NCBI GenBank assembly: GCA_964016885.1
Contig: OZ024740.1
Coordinates: forward strand, 388,182,001 to 388,246,000
Direction of reading: 5' to 3'
DNA length: 64,000 nt
Source of the DNA: Eledone cirrhosa
Lineage: Eukaryota
This document shows positions 11,934 to 23,700 of the stretch, in pieces (position 1 is the stretch's first letter; each line of letters starts with the position of its first letter). The translations under genes and the position numbers were made by a program. The notes below the pieces were generated by a model that was not told the DNA's origin, did not search any database, and worked only from the letters and a program-made list of their open reading frames with translations.

Positions 11934-14900
11934 ATGACCTCACTCAGAATAGGCAGCATAAATGCGCGTGGCTTGGGGTCGTCATGGAAGCAGGGTCACC
12001 TGCTCAACGACCTCAGGTCACTAAACATAGATGTAGTGGCCATCAGCGAGACCAGAATCTCCGAAGCACGGGCCTTCGCACCGATCTTCGGCGGCTACGA
12101 TGTGTACGCATCTCCCAGCCGTCCTGGATCGGGTGGAGGAGTTGCTGTGCTTTTTCGGAGAGGTTTGGATCTCGCCATACGGGCCATCTTCCTGGACCCA
12201 GAGGGTAAGCTGGTGGTGCTGGACGTGACCAGCGGAGACGGGCAAGCTTTCAGGCTAGTGGCCGTCTATGCCCCGACAGGAGCAGGGCGGCCTGATTTCT
12301 TCCGGCGTCTGGAGACCTTTCTTGGAACGTCGCGCTCTTTAGTGTTAGTGGGCGACTGGAACGGGATCTTAGATGCACGCTGGGACTGTGTGGGATTAGC
12401 GGATAGGGGTGGAGGGTGCAAGAGCCTCACCAACCTGCTCAGGCGTTTTGAACTGTCTGACAGGTACCGATTGGATTTCCCGAATGTGCCAATGTGGACT
12501 TGGACAAACCGCATAGGGTCATCCAGATCATATCTAGATAGAGTATTTTGTAGGGAAATAGATAGGTCTAGCATAGGCTGTCCACAATTCAAGATAGTCA
12601 GCTACACGGACCACAAATTCGTGATCTGTGTGCTTGACTTAGATAGGCTTCATAGACGAGGACCCGGCTACTGGAAGCTAAACGCGTCCTTACCAGCGCG
12701 CAAGGCCTACAGAGACCGGATTAGCGAACTAGTTAAGCGGGCGTTGACGGGGGCCATCGTCAACAACAAGTGGTGGTTTGCTCTGAAAAGAGCGATTAGA
12801 ATAGAATCGATTAGGTTTAGTAAGGCTTTAGCAATAGAGAAAAATAGAGCAGAGGGAGAACTAGTTAGAAAATTAGACGAGGCGCTTAGCAAAGGCATTG
12901 CGACCGACGTGCTTGCGGCGAAATTGGCCCTTGACCAATTCTTCAATGCAAAGCACGAAGGCTGCGTTGTCAGAGCTAGGGTGCGTGCTCTCAGACACGA
13001 GGGGACGAAAGCCGTTCAATGGGCCCGAGTGGCGGAGGCGCGTCGTGGCAACAAAGCCACGATCCGGTCTTTGGTGGACCACGACGGGCGCATGCTACTC
13101 GATCCCGGGCAAATGTGTGAAGCTTTTCAGCGACACTTCGCTCAGCTGTTCGGGGGCAGCGGGGGGCCGGGTAGAGGGATGGACTTTAGTGTCTACCTCG
13201 ACGGGCTGCCGCGGCTCTCGGCCACTGAGGCGAGGTGTTGCGAAAAGCCGATAACAGCCGCTGAAGTACGGGAGGCAATGATTGGCTGCACAAGGGGTAA
13301 ATCGCCTGGTTTGGATGGTCTGCCCTATGAACTTTACGTACAGATGCCAGACTTGTTCGGAGGCCTCTTGGCGGACGTCTACTGCAACTGGCAACAGAAC
13401 GGGAGAATTCCCAGTTCTGTGAGCCGAGGAGCGGTGGCACTGCTGAGAAAGGATCCGAACAAGGGGGATAACATAGACAATTTCCGGCCCATAACTCTGC
13501 TAAACACAGAGTTTAAGATTTTGGCCAAGGTGCTAGCAAAGAGGTTGGCGCTTGTCGTTGGTGGTCTGGTGGGAGAGGCGCAGACATGCGCCATTCCCGA
13601 CAGATCCATCCACGACAACCTCCACCTCATGCGATACATCGTAGAGAGGGTAGCTAGGGAACCTGGCACGGGTGGGTCCTTGATCAATTTAGATCAGTCG
13701 AAAGCTTTCGATAGGGTCGACCATCGTTACCTAGCGGCAGTCCTGAGGGCGGCTGGCTTTGGGCCCGTCTTCAGAGGCTGGATCGCTGCCATGCACAGCG
13801 ACATCTGCTCTGTGGTGAGAGTGAACGGTCACCTGTCGGAACCGTTCAACATCATGCGCTCGGTCCGCCAAGGATGTCCCCTCTCGTCCCTCTTGTACGT
13901 ATTGACTCTCGAGCCATTACTGCACAAACTGGAGACGTTGAGGGGAGTCCCGCGCGAACTAGGATGCGGAAGATCCGTGTCAGCATATGCGGACGATGTC
14001 ACCGTAGTGGTGTCGAACGCCAAACACATCGAGGCGATCGGCACTACACTAAGAGAATACGAAGCGGTGACAGGAGCAATGATCAACCAGGAAAAGTCAG
14101 TGGGCCTGCAGCTCGGCACCTGGAGAGGCAGGTCCATGCCGTCCAACAGCGTCGTCGGGCGCTGGACGGACGGACCGGTTAAATTGCTAGGGGTCTGGTT
14201 CGGTCCGGACCTCCAGACGGACAAAAACTGGGACGAGGTGACGAGCAGGGTGGCTTCTCTCACCCAGAAATGGGCGGAGAGGAAGCTATCCCTGAAAGGT
14301 CGAGCGGAGGTGGCTAACGCGTACATCGCGTCTGTCATCTGCTACCGCCTAACCGTCGTACCTTGTCCTAAGCCTCGCCTGACTGCGCTGGAGCGTTTGC
14401 TCTTTCGCTTTTTGTGGAAGGGACGTGCTCCGATGGTCAGGCGGTCCATCTGTTGTCAACACCCGCTACGTGGAGGGCTGGGCATGCCGTGGCTGATGAT
14501 GCGCAGGCACGCGCTCAGGCTACGACATCTCCACCTCTTCCTCGACGGTGATCAGGTGTGGTCGCCGTTTGCTAGACGCGTTTTTCCCCAGCTCGTTTCC
14601 TTGACGGAGCTGCAGTCCTGGGTCAAGCGAAGACCGAGAGGGAGCGCCTGGAGACTGGAATGTCTTCAGGCGCTCACAGCCCTCGACCAATCGGGCAATG
14701 TGATCGGTGGAAACTCCACCTCGGCGTTCTATAGAGGATTAGTGGAGGGGAAGAGCGACGACGTACTTGGGGAAACTCTAGGCGTCGACGAAAATCAACT
14801 AGCCAATCTCTTCGGAAGAACCTTCGGGCCAGGGCCTATGGACAACTTCCAGAAATCTCTGGCCTGGCAGTGCTACCGAGGAGCCTTGCCAGTTCGGGAT

Positions 14901-15353
14901 AAACTCTACAGGCATGGAGGTGCCGTCAGCCGGGCATGTCCGAGATGCGCGCAGGGCGACGAAACCGTCCTGCACGCACTCGTCCAGTGTCCGAAAATTG
15001 CTGACTTGTGGGTTTATGTCGAACACCTGCTGTCGCGTTTAGGACGGATCCAGCTATCATCTGAGTCTATCGTGAGGATTGCCCCGCCCTCCTCCTTTAG
15101 CCGGGAAGGGCAGGCAGTTTTTATCTGTCTGGTGGCCATGGCGAAAGAGATAGTATGGTGGACACGTTTGAAAGGGCTGAAGACGAGCACTTACCTCTTC
15201 GGTGATGCTCTGATTGACTTTTTCAAATTTCATTTGAAAAGGAAAATCAGAGTAGAGAAGGAAGTGCTCTCTTCCCAGCATTTTGTTGAAAGATGGGTGA
15301 GAGAAGCAAGAATGGCCCGAGTGAATGGGCCGACTCTGAGTATATATCTGTAA
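11934..15353 (+). CDS. Tx1 ORF2: APE endonuclease + reverse transcriptase + C-terminal zinc finger (1139 aa)
   Basis: GDWN, YLDR, TDH (APE); KAFDRV, RQGCPLS, YADD, LLGV (RT); CPRC..ETVLHALVQC. Confidence 0.97.
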   Translation: MTSLRIGSINARGLGSSWKQGHLLNDLRSLNIDVVAISETRISEARAFAPIFGGYDVYASPSRPGSGGGVAVLFRRGLDLAIRAIFLDPEGKLVVLDVTSGDGQAFRLVAVYAPTGAGRPDFFRRLETFLGTSRSLVLVGDWNGILDARWDCVGLADRGGGCKSLTNLLRRFELSDRYRLDFPNVPMWTWTNRIGSSRSYLDRVFCREIDRSSIGCPQFKIVSYTDHKFVICVLDLDRLHRRGPGYWKLNASLPARKAYRDRISELVKRALTGAIVNNKWWFALKRAIRIESIRFSKALAIEKNRAEGELVRKLDEALSKGIATDVLAAKLALDQFFNAKHEGCVVRARVRALRHEGTKAVQWARVAEARRGNKATIRSLVDHDGRMLLDPGQMCEAFQRHFAQLFGGSGGPGRGMDFSVYLDGLPRLSATEARCCEKPITAAEVREAMIGCTRGKSPGLDGLPYELYVQMPDLFGGLLADVYCNWQQNGRIPSSVSRGAVALLRKDPNKGDNIDNFRPITLLNTEFKILAKVLAKRLALVVGGLVGEAQTCAIPDRSIHDNLHLMRYIVERVAREPGTGGSLINLDQSKAFDRVDHRYLAAVLRAAGFGPVFRGWIAAMHSDICSVVRVNGHLSEPFNIMRSVRQGCPLSSLLYVLTLEPLLHKLETLRGVPRELGCGRSVSAYADDVTVVVSNAKHIEAIGTTLREYEAVTGAMINQEKSVGLQLGTWRGRSMPSNSVVGRWTDGPVKLLGVWFGPDLQTDKNWDEVTSRVASLTQKWAERKLSLKGRAEVANAYIASVICYRLTVVPCPKPRLTALERLLFRFLWKGRAPMVRRSICCQHPLRGGLGMPWLMMRRHALRLRHLHLFLDGDQVWSPFARRVFPQLVSLTELQSWVKRRPRGSAWRLECLQALTALDQSGNVIGGNSTSAFYRGLVEGKSDDVLGETLGVDENQLANLFGRTFGPGPMDNFQKSLAWQCYRGALPVRDKLYRHGGAVSRACPRCAQGDETVLHALVQCPKIADLWVYVEHLLSRLGRIQLSSESIVRIAPPSSFSREGQAVFICLVAMAKEIVWWTRLKGLKTSTYLFGDALIDFFKFHLKRKIRVEKEVLSSQHFVERWVREARMARVNGPTLSIYL

Positions 15354-15613
15354 ACTAAAGGTGGAAAACTGGGAGAGGGCACTTGCCTTGGTGGTCAGGG
15401 TCATTGTGGCTTTTTACTGGGCTTTCTCCACAAATGTCCCTCCGAAGTCTCCCCCCTATTGGGGAATTTTTCATTGTTATTTTCATTGTTATTTTTGTTA
15501 CATCCTCTATTTTTGTTTTTTTACACGCAGAAATGCCCATTTGTACCGTCCTGCATTGTCCTGCACTGTCCTTAATGTCTACTTTATGTAAACCCTTGTG
15601 GTTAATAAAGAAA

Positions 15614-15660
<47 letters not shown>

Positions 15661-15669
15661 GTTATTATT

Positions 15670-18600
15670 CCTTGAGTCTCAGTCATTGATGTTAGTTAAC
15701 TGGAAAGTTTGTTGGAATGAATATCAAGCCACTACCTGCAGCCTCAGATATTCAGGACGTAACGGAGGGTTCTTGCTGTTCCCAGCAAGCATGCCTTTTG
15801 AAGCGTTCCAAAAAGCGTGAAGGGGCCGATTTTCTTTAACCATCCCTGGAAACGTTTGAAGATAGTCCCCAGTGCGCCTATGACAATCGGGATCATTTTG
15901 ACTTCATGGCAGTTCCAAATCATTTTTACCTCCCACTTTAAGTCCTGGTATCGGTTAATTTTCTCCCTCTCCTTCTCTTGCATTCTCGTGTCAAATGGGC
16001 AGGCCACATCCACAATCAGGCATGATCTTTTTTCTTTGTCCACAACCACCAGGTCAGGTCTATTGTGTTCCAGTTTCTTGTCCGTCTGTATCCTAAAATC
16101 TCACAGCACCTTCACCTGATCGTTCTCTATCACCGCCTCTGGCTTATGCTCATACCATTACTCAGAATGTGGTAAATTGTTTACTTTGCACAGGTGTCAG
16201 TGGATCACCCTGCCCATCACATCATGTCTCCAGCCCTTATAGTGGGTCTGGGCTAGGTGTTTACACTCGGATACAATGTGAGCCACAGTCTCCTCTCTCT
16301 CTCCACAGATCCTGCACATTGGGCTAGCCTCCTCCTTGTAAATATGGTGTTTCAACCACTTCGATTTGAGGGCCTGCTCCTGCGCAGCCATTAACATTCC
16401 TTCTGTAGCCTTTTTAAGGTCTCCTCTTTTCAACCAGTTCCATGTCTGTGGATCTCTGAATTCAGTTTTCTCAAAGAAGGTAATATGAAGGGATTTTTCC
16501 TGAAGGCTGCTCTTTCTCCTTGGTGTTATTTCCTCCTTGGACATCCCCTGGCCTATTGTCCCCTCCTTCAGTACAGTTCTGAGCATTGGCTCCTTACTAT
16601 CAGTCACGTATTTGTGTAGGTTGTTTTTCTCCATCTGAACACAGTCCTCTATGCTGATAAGACCTCTTCCACCCTCAGATCTCCTTAAGTAGAGTCTATC
16701 GACATCACTCCTCTTTTGGAACATGTTGTAGATAGTCAATAGCTTCCTAGTCTTCCTATCCATTTCTTTTTGTTCAGCAACATTCCATCTCAGAATTCCC
16801 GCACTGTACCTAATAATAGACACAGCTCGGGAATTTACTGCGCTTATGGCATTTCTGCTGTTCAGATGTGACTTCAATACGCTCCTTACTCTCCGAATGT
16901 ATTCAGTTCTTAACAATTCCTTCATTTTTTTGTTCTTTATGCCATCAGCCTCCAGAACGCCCAAATACTTGTATCCTTCCTCAAAGTCAATTTCCTTTAT
17001 CATCTCACCTGTTGGTATCTGGATTCCGCTACTTCTGCTCAACCTACCCCTCCTCATCACAATGACTCCACACTTACTTATACCAAATTGCATACATATA
17101 TCACTGCTGAAAATACGGACAGTGTCAACAAGCACATCCAACTCCTTCTCACTCTTCCCGAAGAGCTTAAGATCGTCCATGAAGAGGAGGTGATTGATGG
17201 TAAGCCCTCCCTTTCCCAACCTGTATCCTGCTCTCACTTTTCGCAGTACACTGGTCAGGGGCATCAGGGCAAGGACAAACAACAGAGGGGACAGGCTATC
17301 TCCCTGGAAAATACCTCTCTTGATCTTCACGCTTCCCAAGGATTCTCCAGTTGATGTCAACTCTGTTTCCCAGGACCTCATACTTTTGCCCAACAGCTGT
17401 CTGATGTTATCTGTCACCTTGAAGATCTCCAGGCTTTTGGTGATCCAAGAATGAGGCACCATGTCAAATGCCTTTCTGTAGTCTATCCATCCCATGGCAA
17501 GATCAGTGTGTCTCCTCTTGCAATTCCCCATTACCATCTTATCAATAAGTAACTGGTCCTTTGTACCACGTGACTTCTTTCGGCATCCTTTCTGTTCGTC
17601 CGGTAACAAGTTGTTTGTGTGGAGGTGATGGTAGATTTCCTCAGACATAATGCTCGTCAACAGTTTCCACATTGCGGACAGACATGTGATAGGTCTATAG
17701 TTGGTAACATCATTACCCTTGATTCGGTCTTTCATTATCAGAACTGTGGTACCTTTTGTCAACCACTCTGGTACCTCACCTGACATCAAGCAGTCATTGA
17801 ACATGGTTGTCAGTTTCGGGTGGAGGGATGTTATATTTTTAATCCAATACCCCTGCACACCATCTGGGCCTGGTGATTTCCAGTTGGTTAGTTTTTTGGC
17901 CTGCCCCTTAAGAGTTTCAACTGTGATACTCAAATCAGTTTGTTGGTGTGCCTGTTCACTGATCTCCTTCTGTACTGTCTCAATCCACACTGCCTGGTCA
18001 TTATGTCTAACATCCTGCTCCCATATTCCTCTCCAGAATGTTTTAGTTTGTTCCGCCTCAGGGATCAAGTCGTTGCCTCTTTCTTTCCCTTCAAGCTGTC
18101 CAAACAGCATCTTCTGGTTGTTGTCGAACATGCGGTTCTGTTTATACTGACTGACTCTGTTCTCGTATCACCTGATTTTTGCACGCTTTGCTACAATACG
18201 TTGCTTCAGTTCCTCTATGATAATATTTAGCTTTTTCCTCCTAGTTTTGTACTTTATTTCCAGTCTATTTTTAGTGTCTATGTTTTTTAGTGTCCCATTC
18301 AGTAGGGACTCAAGCTTTCCAATGTCATTTCTCATTCCCCTGATTTGACCACTCAGTCGTTTCTTCCACCAAGGCTCTGCTCTTTCTTGTCTGTTGTTTC
18401 CTCTCGCTTTTATACGAAGTAGTTTCCTCACCGTATTTGCTGTTGCTTTGAGGATATTGTTGCACTGGTGAAGGCTCCTCGCCTCAAGGTATGGGATGAT
18501 TTTGTTTACCTTAGCTGTTATTTCTTTTAACTTTTTCCTGTCTAAAAATCTTAGGTTCATAGGTCTCCCACTATCATTGTTCAATTCTTCTACCACTAAA

Positions 18601-19300
18601 TCTAGGATATCAACCAAATCTTGTCCTAGCCCGTCAGCATTCATCTCCTCAGTGGGCGTATCTCTGTTCCAGGTATTATTTATCTCAGTATTCAGATCAT
18701 TGTCTGCTTCGGGTGGTTCCTCCGTTCTCTCGACCTCTTCACCTTCATTTCCCACTGGCTCGTTTGCCTGGCATACTCCACTCTCCATCTCCAAGCTAAT
18801 CTCTCTGCTCAGTTCCTCCAGTTCCAGCTCGCTTATCCACCCATTAGTTCTTATTACCCGAGCCTGCCCGGCCAATTTTTGTTCATCTAATTTAAATAGA
18901 CCAATCTCGTTCCAGATGTTATGCATCCGTTTCCTATAGCCCCTCTCCTTGGGGTTACTTTTCAGGTAACATTGCATAACAGTTCTATTCAATTCTTTCG
19001 TCCAGTTGGTTCTGGTCCCCTTCCTTCTTCTTCCTCCTCCGACACCAGCAGTATTTGGTTGACAGCCAGGTCCCTGCTGCTGAGCCAGGGAGCACCTGTT
19101 GGGTGAGAGTCTGTCACATGACGTTCTAGTCTCCATTTCACCGTTATTCGAACTGTTTAGGTTCGACATTTAAACACTCTTATCGAGGATTGGCGAATGT
19201 ATGGTTACATAACCACCGGTGGATTCACCGCCTCCGGTGGTTGCGTCACTCCATGTGGCTCTTGTGTGGAATTACCACGCTGTAGACGAACACAAATAAA
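15670..19300 (-). mobile_element. R4/Dong-type RLE non-LTR retrotransposon, family A, near full length with 3 in-frame stops
   Basis: Single frame 19169-15744 with QGDSLSP, FMDDLK, YLG, CRIC..H..C and KYQDL/GALG RLE motifs; stops at 18168, 16197, 16158; 3' end abuts (TAA)n. Confidence 0.92.
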
Positions 19301-19606
19301 CAAACAAACAAACAGGCAGAAAAAACCCCAAAAATGAATAAGCATAAGTTTCCTTGTAATGTAGTGTTCGAATGTCTGACTTAGTTTTTCCCTTCCTTTC
19401 TCTGTCTGTCCGTTTGTTTCTCTCTTTATTCTTATTTTCTTTACGTTTATTTTTTATTTTTTTGTTTTTTTTTAGTCTATTTATGTATTTTGATGCCTTC
19501 CTCTTTTTTAGTAGGAATTCTACAATGTGGTGGTGGTGCTGTGCTAGCAGAAACTAGCAGGAGGTAGTGGGAGAGAATAGCGGCGGTAGCGATACTGAGG
19601 CAGTGG

Positions 19607-19878
19607 TGGTGGTGATGTGATCGTATTACTGTAGTGATGGTGTTGTAGTTGGGGTATAAATTTGAGTCGATTTGACCAGAGTTTTCATCGTGGTAGTGGT
19701 GGTGGTATTGGTGGTGAAATAATAATCTGTAGTCGTTTAGTAGTGGTGGTGATGTGGTCGTATTACTGTAGTGATGGTGTTGTAGTTGGGGTATAAATTT
19801 GAGTCGATTTGACCAGAGTTTTCATCGTGGTAGTGGTGGTGGTATTGGTGGTGAAATAATAATCTGTAGTCGTTTAGT
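19607..19878. repeat. Tandem duplication, 137-bp unit x2
   Basis: GTATTACTGTAGTGATGG at 19623 and 19760. Confidence 0.9.
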
Positions 19879-20660
19879 CATTTTGCCATTTTCGACTCCA
19901 ACATTCCTGATCCAAAATTAAATATTAATCTTGTTTATCAATATTGTCTAGTGATATCGCCATCCTCCCCTTTCGTAAGTTAACAGAAGGTAGTGGGGGG
20001 ATAGCGGTGGTCGCAATGAAGGAGTGGTGGCGGCGGCGATGGGATAGTGGTAGTAATGATGGATGGGCGGCGGCGGCGGTGACTGTAGTGATGGCGTTGT
20101 CGTTACTGAGTTTTGTTGGAGAGACTCTATTTTGTCCGTTCGGTGAATCTATGGGGTTAGTCGCGTGCATGTGTTGACATAAATTCCCTTAATGTTGGAA
20201 TTAAACATTTTGTTAAAACTTGGGACAATAATAATAGTAATTATTATTATCATTATTATGTTGAGATTGGTTGTGGTGGTGGTGAAACTGCCGTTATCTG
20301 GCTGTTGTGTTTAGTGTACTCAGAGGGGTGATGGGGTAGGTGGTGTATCTAGTTTCTGGTGTTGGTGAAATTGCTGTCGTTTGGCTGTTCTATATAGTGT
20401 AGACAGACGAGGGGGGGGGTTCTTATTCTTCCATTTATAGCCATTTTCTTTTTTGAATATACAATGTACAATACAAAGTTGAATATATGAGCCTTATAAC
20501 AATATATTTTGGGTCCGAATTTTTTGGGGGCTCAAGCCGGATGCTTTACGTAACATTTGTACTAAGAATTGTTATTTCACAAATGATTTAAATATGTTAA
20601 AAATTCAAAACTTACGGGAGCGATTTCACGACCTTTTATCCACCACGTGCGTCTTCCTCC

Positions 20661-20699
<39 letters not shown>

Positions 20700-20700
<1 letters not shown>

Positions 20701-23700
20701 TGCATTTATCTTGCTTTATGTTTATACGAGTTATCACCAAGTCACAACCAGTGACCTCAAGAGACAACAAGGTCCGCCATGTTCAAGAAAGAACACACAT
20801 ATTCACACATGCATCCTTAGTGTTTAGACTTGTGATGTACTTATATTGACAGGATCTTTCTTAGTATATGGGCAGTTCCCATTAGTACTATCTTTTGTAT
20901 TTTTCCTATACGCGGGTTTCCTGGGATTTGCGATAAGTAGTCGTTAGACCCCTTAGGTATCATTCCCAGAGCGCCTACAACCACTGGTATTGTTTTAGTT
21001 CTCAATTTCCACATTTTTCCAATTTCTATCTCCAGGTCCTTATACTTGCTCAATTTTTCAAATGTTTTTATAGATACATTCTTGTCTATTGGAACAGACA
21101 TATCAATTAGCAGGCATACCCTCCTTTGAAAGTCCTTCAATATTATATCAGGTCTATTTGCATCTATTTTTCGGTCTGTTTGGATGCTAAAGTTCCACAA
21201 GATTGAGATGTGATCTTTTTCAAGTATGGGAGGTGGTTGATGCTCCCACCAATTCTTTTGATGGGGCAGGTCAAAATGCTTACACATTATCCAATGTATG
21301 TATTGTGCAGCTCTGTCATGCCTGTTTAGGTATTCGGTTGGAGCTATAGGACTGCACATTGAAATTATATGGTCAATGGTCTCTGGTTGTTTTTTGCATA
21401 CACGGCATAATGGGCTGCACCCATTTTTTATTATGTTGGCTTGGTAATTTTTTGTTGGCAGACACTGATCTTGTGCCGATATAATCAGTCCTTCAGTCTC
21501 CGATTTCAGTCCAGAGGATGCTAACCACTGATGGGTTAAAGTTTTGTCAACATCAGGATTGTTAGCTCGCTCTGGGTATTTTCCATACAGAGGCTTTTCT
21601 TGCCATTTCTTAGCCAGTTTCTGTAGCAGTTCTTTCTTTGCAGTTACTTTTACCTGCTTTGCTTTTTCTGTGTTTTCCATTTCAGCAGTAAATGGGACTT
21701 CTGAAATTTGTAGTCCATTACTGTATCTTTGTGCATCTTTTGTAATGGAATATGATCTTTTGGTGCTTCGTGTTTCAAAACGAGTTTGATCATCCAATCA
21801 TGTGATTCCCTTAGATATGTGGATAATCCAATTGTTGCAGTTTTCAACGCAATGTCTAACTGGATTAACCCACGTCCTCCTTCTTTCCTAGGGAGATATA
21901 TTCTATCTATGTCTGCTTTAGGGTGATGCATTCTGTGCATGGTTAAGAATTTTCGGATTTTTGTATCGAGCCTACGGATCTCTGTGCTTGACCAGTTGAT
22001 GACATTGTAACTGTAGGTTACTACTGGTATGGCAAGCGTGTTTATGGCATCGATCCTATTCCTTGCATTCAATTCCGTTCTTAAGATTGCTCTGACTCTG
22101 CGGTAACATTGCTTCCTTATCTTTTCCCTCATTGTCGAGTGCTTGATTCCGTCTCCTTCACAAACACCTAGATATTTCTAAGTTTTTTCTTGATCAAGTT
22201 CTCTTATCACGTTCCCCCGATCAAGATTAATGTCTGAACTCTTCAGCAGCTTTCCTCTGGTGAACGTTGCTTTGGCGCATTTATCTAGTCCAAACTCCAT
22301 TTTAATGTCATCACTGAACTGCTCCACAGTGGATAATAGCCCTTGCAATTGTTCATCATTTTTTGCAAATAGTTTCAGGTCATCCATGTAGAACAAGTGA
22401 TTAATGGTTCTGTCATAGATTTTATATCCATGTTTTGTTTCATTGAGCATTTTACTTAATGGTATAAGTGCGATGCAGAATAAAAGCGGTGATAAAGAGT
22501 CACCCTGAAAAATTCCACAATTAATGTTAACTTCTCCAGCTTCCAGTGATTTTGTTTCACTATTCAAAAGGAGTGTCGTTCTCCATGTCCTCATACTGAA
22601 TGACAAAAACCTCCTGACAACGGGGGATATTTTGAAAATCTCTAAACATTTTTCAATCCAACTGTGTGGCAAACTATCGAATGCTTTTTTATAATCTATC
22701 CAAGCAATCGATAGATTTTTGTGTCTATTATGACAATCTTCCAGTATCATTTTGTTAACCAGAAGCTGATCCTTACAGCCATATGAGCCTCGTTTACACC
22801 CTTTCTGCTCAATGGGAAATAGGTCATTTGTTATCAGGTGGTCATATGTGTACTCAGTTAGGACTGATGTTAACATTTTATACATTGTGGTCAAGCAGGT
22901 TATCGGTCTGTAATTTTTGGGATTGTTTGTCTCATCATTCTTCGGTAGCAGGAATGTAATGCCGTTAACTAGCCATGATGGTATCTTTTCTGGCTCCTTA
23001 ACTATTTCATTGTAAAGTTGGGCTAACAGCTCATGAGACTCTGTGAAGGCATTTATCCAAAAGTTTTGTATTTTGTCTTTTCCTGGGGATTTCCATTTGC
23101 TGGTTTTTCTTAGAGCCAAGCGCAGCTGTTCAACTGTTATATTTTCCCATGTTTGTTCTTCAAGGTGAGCTGTTTCTTTCATTTGTCTGTCTATCCATGG
23201 GGCATGTATGTTATGAACTTTTTCTTCAGCCCAGATCTTTTCCCAGAATTCTTGCACTTCCTCCTTGGGTGGTATTGATTTAGCAGTTATTGTTGACTTA
23301 CCAATTTTTCTGTAGAAGTTTATTTCGTTGTTTTTGAACATATTATTGTCCTTATAGAATCTAGATCGTTTTTCAAAGCGCCTTATACGAGCAGCTTTGG
23401 CCGACACTTTTTGCTTGATTGTTTCTATCAGCATGTCTATGTCACATGTTGATCTTATACTGTACTTTTTTTTCAATTTTCTAAGTTTAGTTTGTTTAAC
23501 ATGTTCACCTACTTTATAGTTTGTTAAAATTTCTATGTCAGATCGGAGAAGGTTTATTTGGCGATTGATGTTATCTTGCCAAGTAGATTTCTTGTGGGAA
23601 TTCCTTTGTTTTTTCATCTTCACTCCACATAAGTGAGCGGTGACTTTAGCCGATGCATAATAGAGATGATTTAAGTCAGTAATGTTTAGTTTGTTTGTGA

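Larger units (their letters stand above)
9589..15615 (+). mobile_element. Full-length, apparently intact Tx1-clade (L1 group) non-LTR retrotransposon flanked by (TTA)n
   Basis: Two uninterrupted ORFs; AATAAA at 15604-15609; (TTA)n at 9566-9588 and 15616-15669. Confidence 0.95.

Noticed and set aside
19925-20230. Possible decayed ORF1/gag zinc knuckle on the minus strand
   Set aside because: Needs frameshifts and substitutions at key residues; too weak to call
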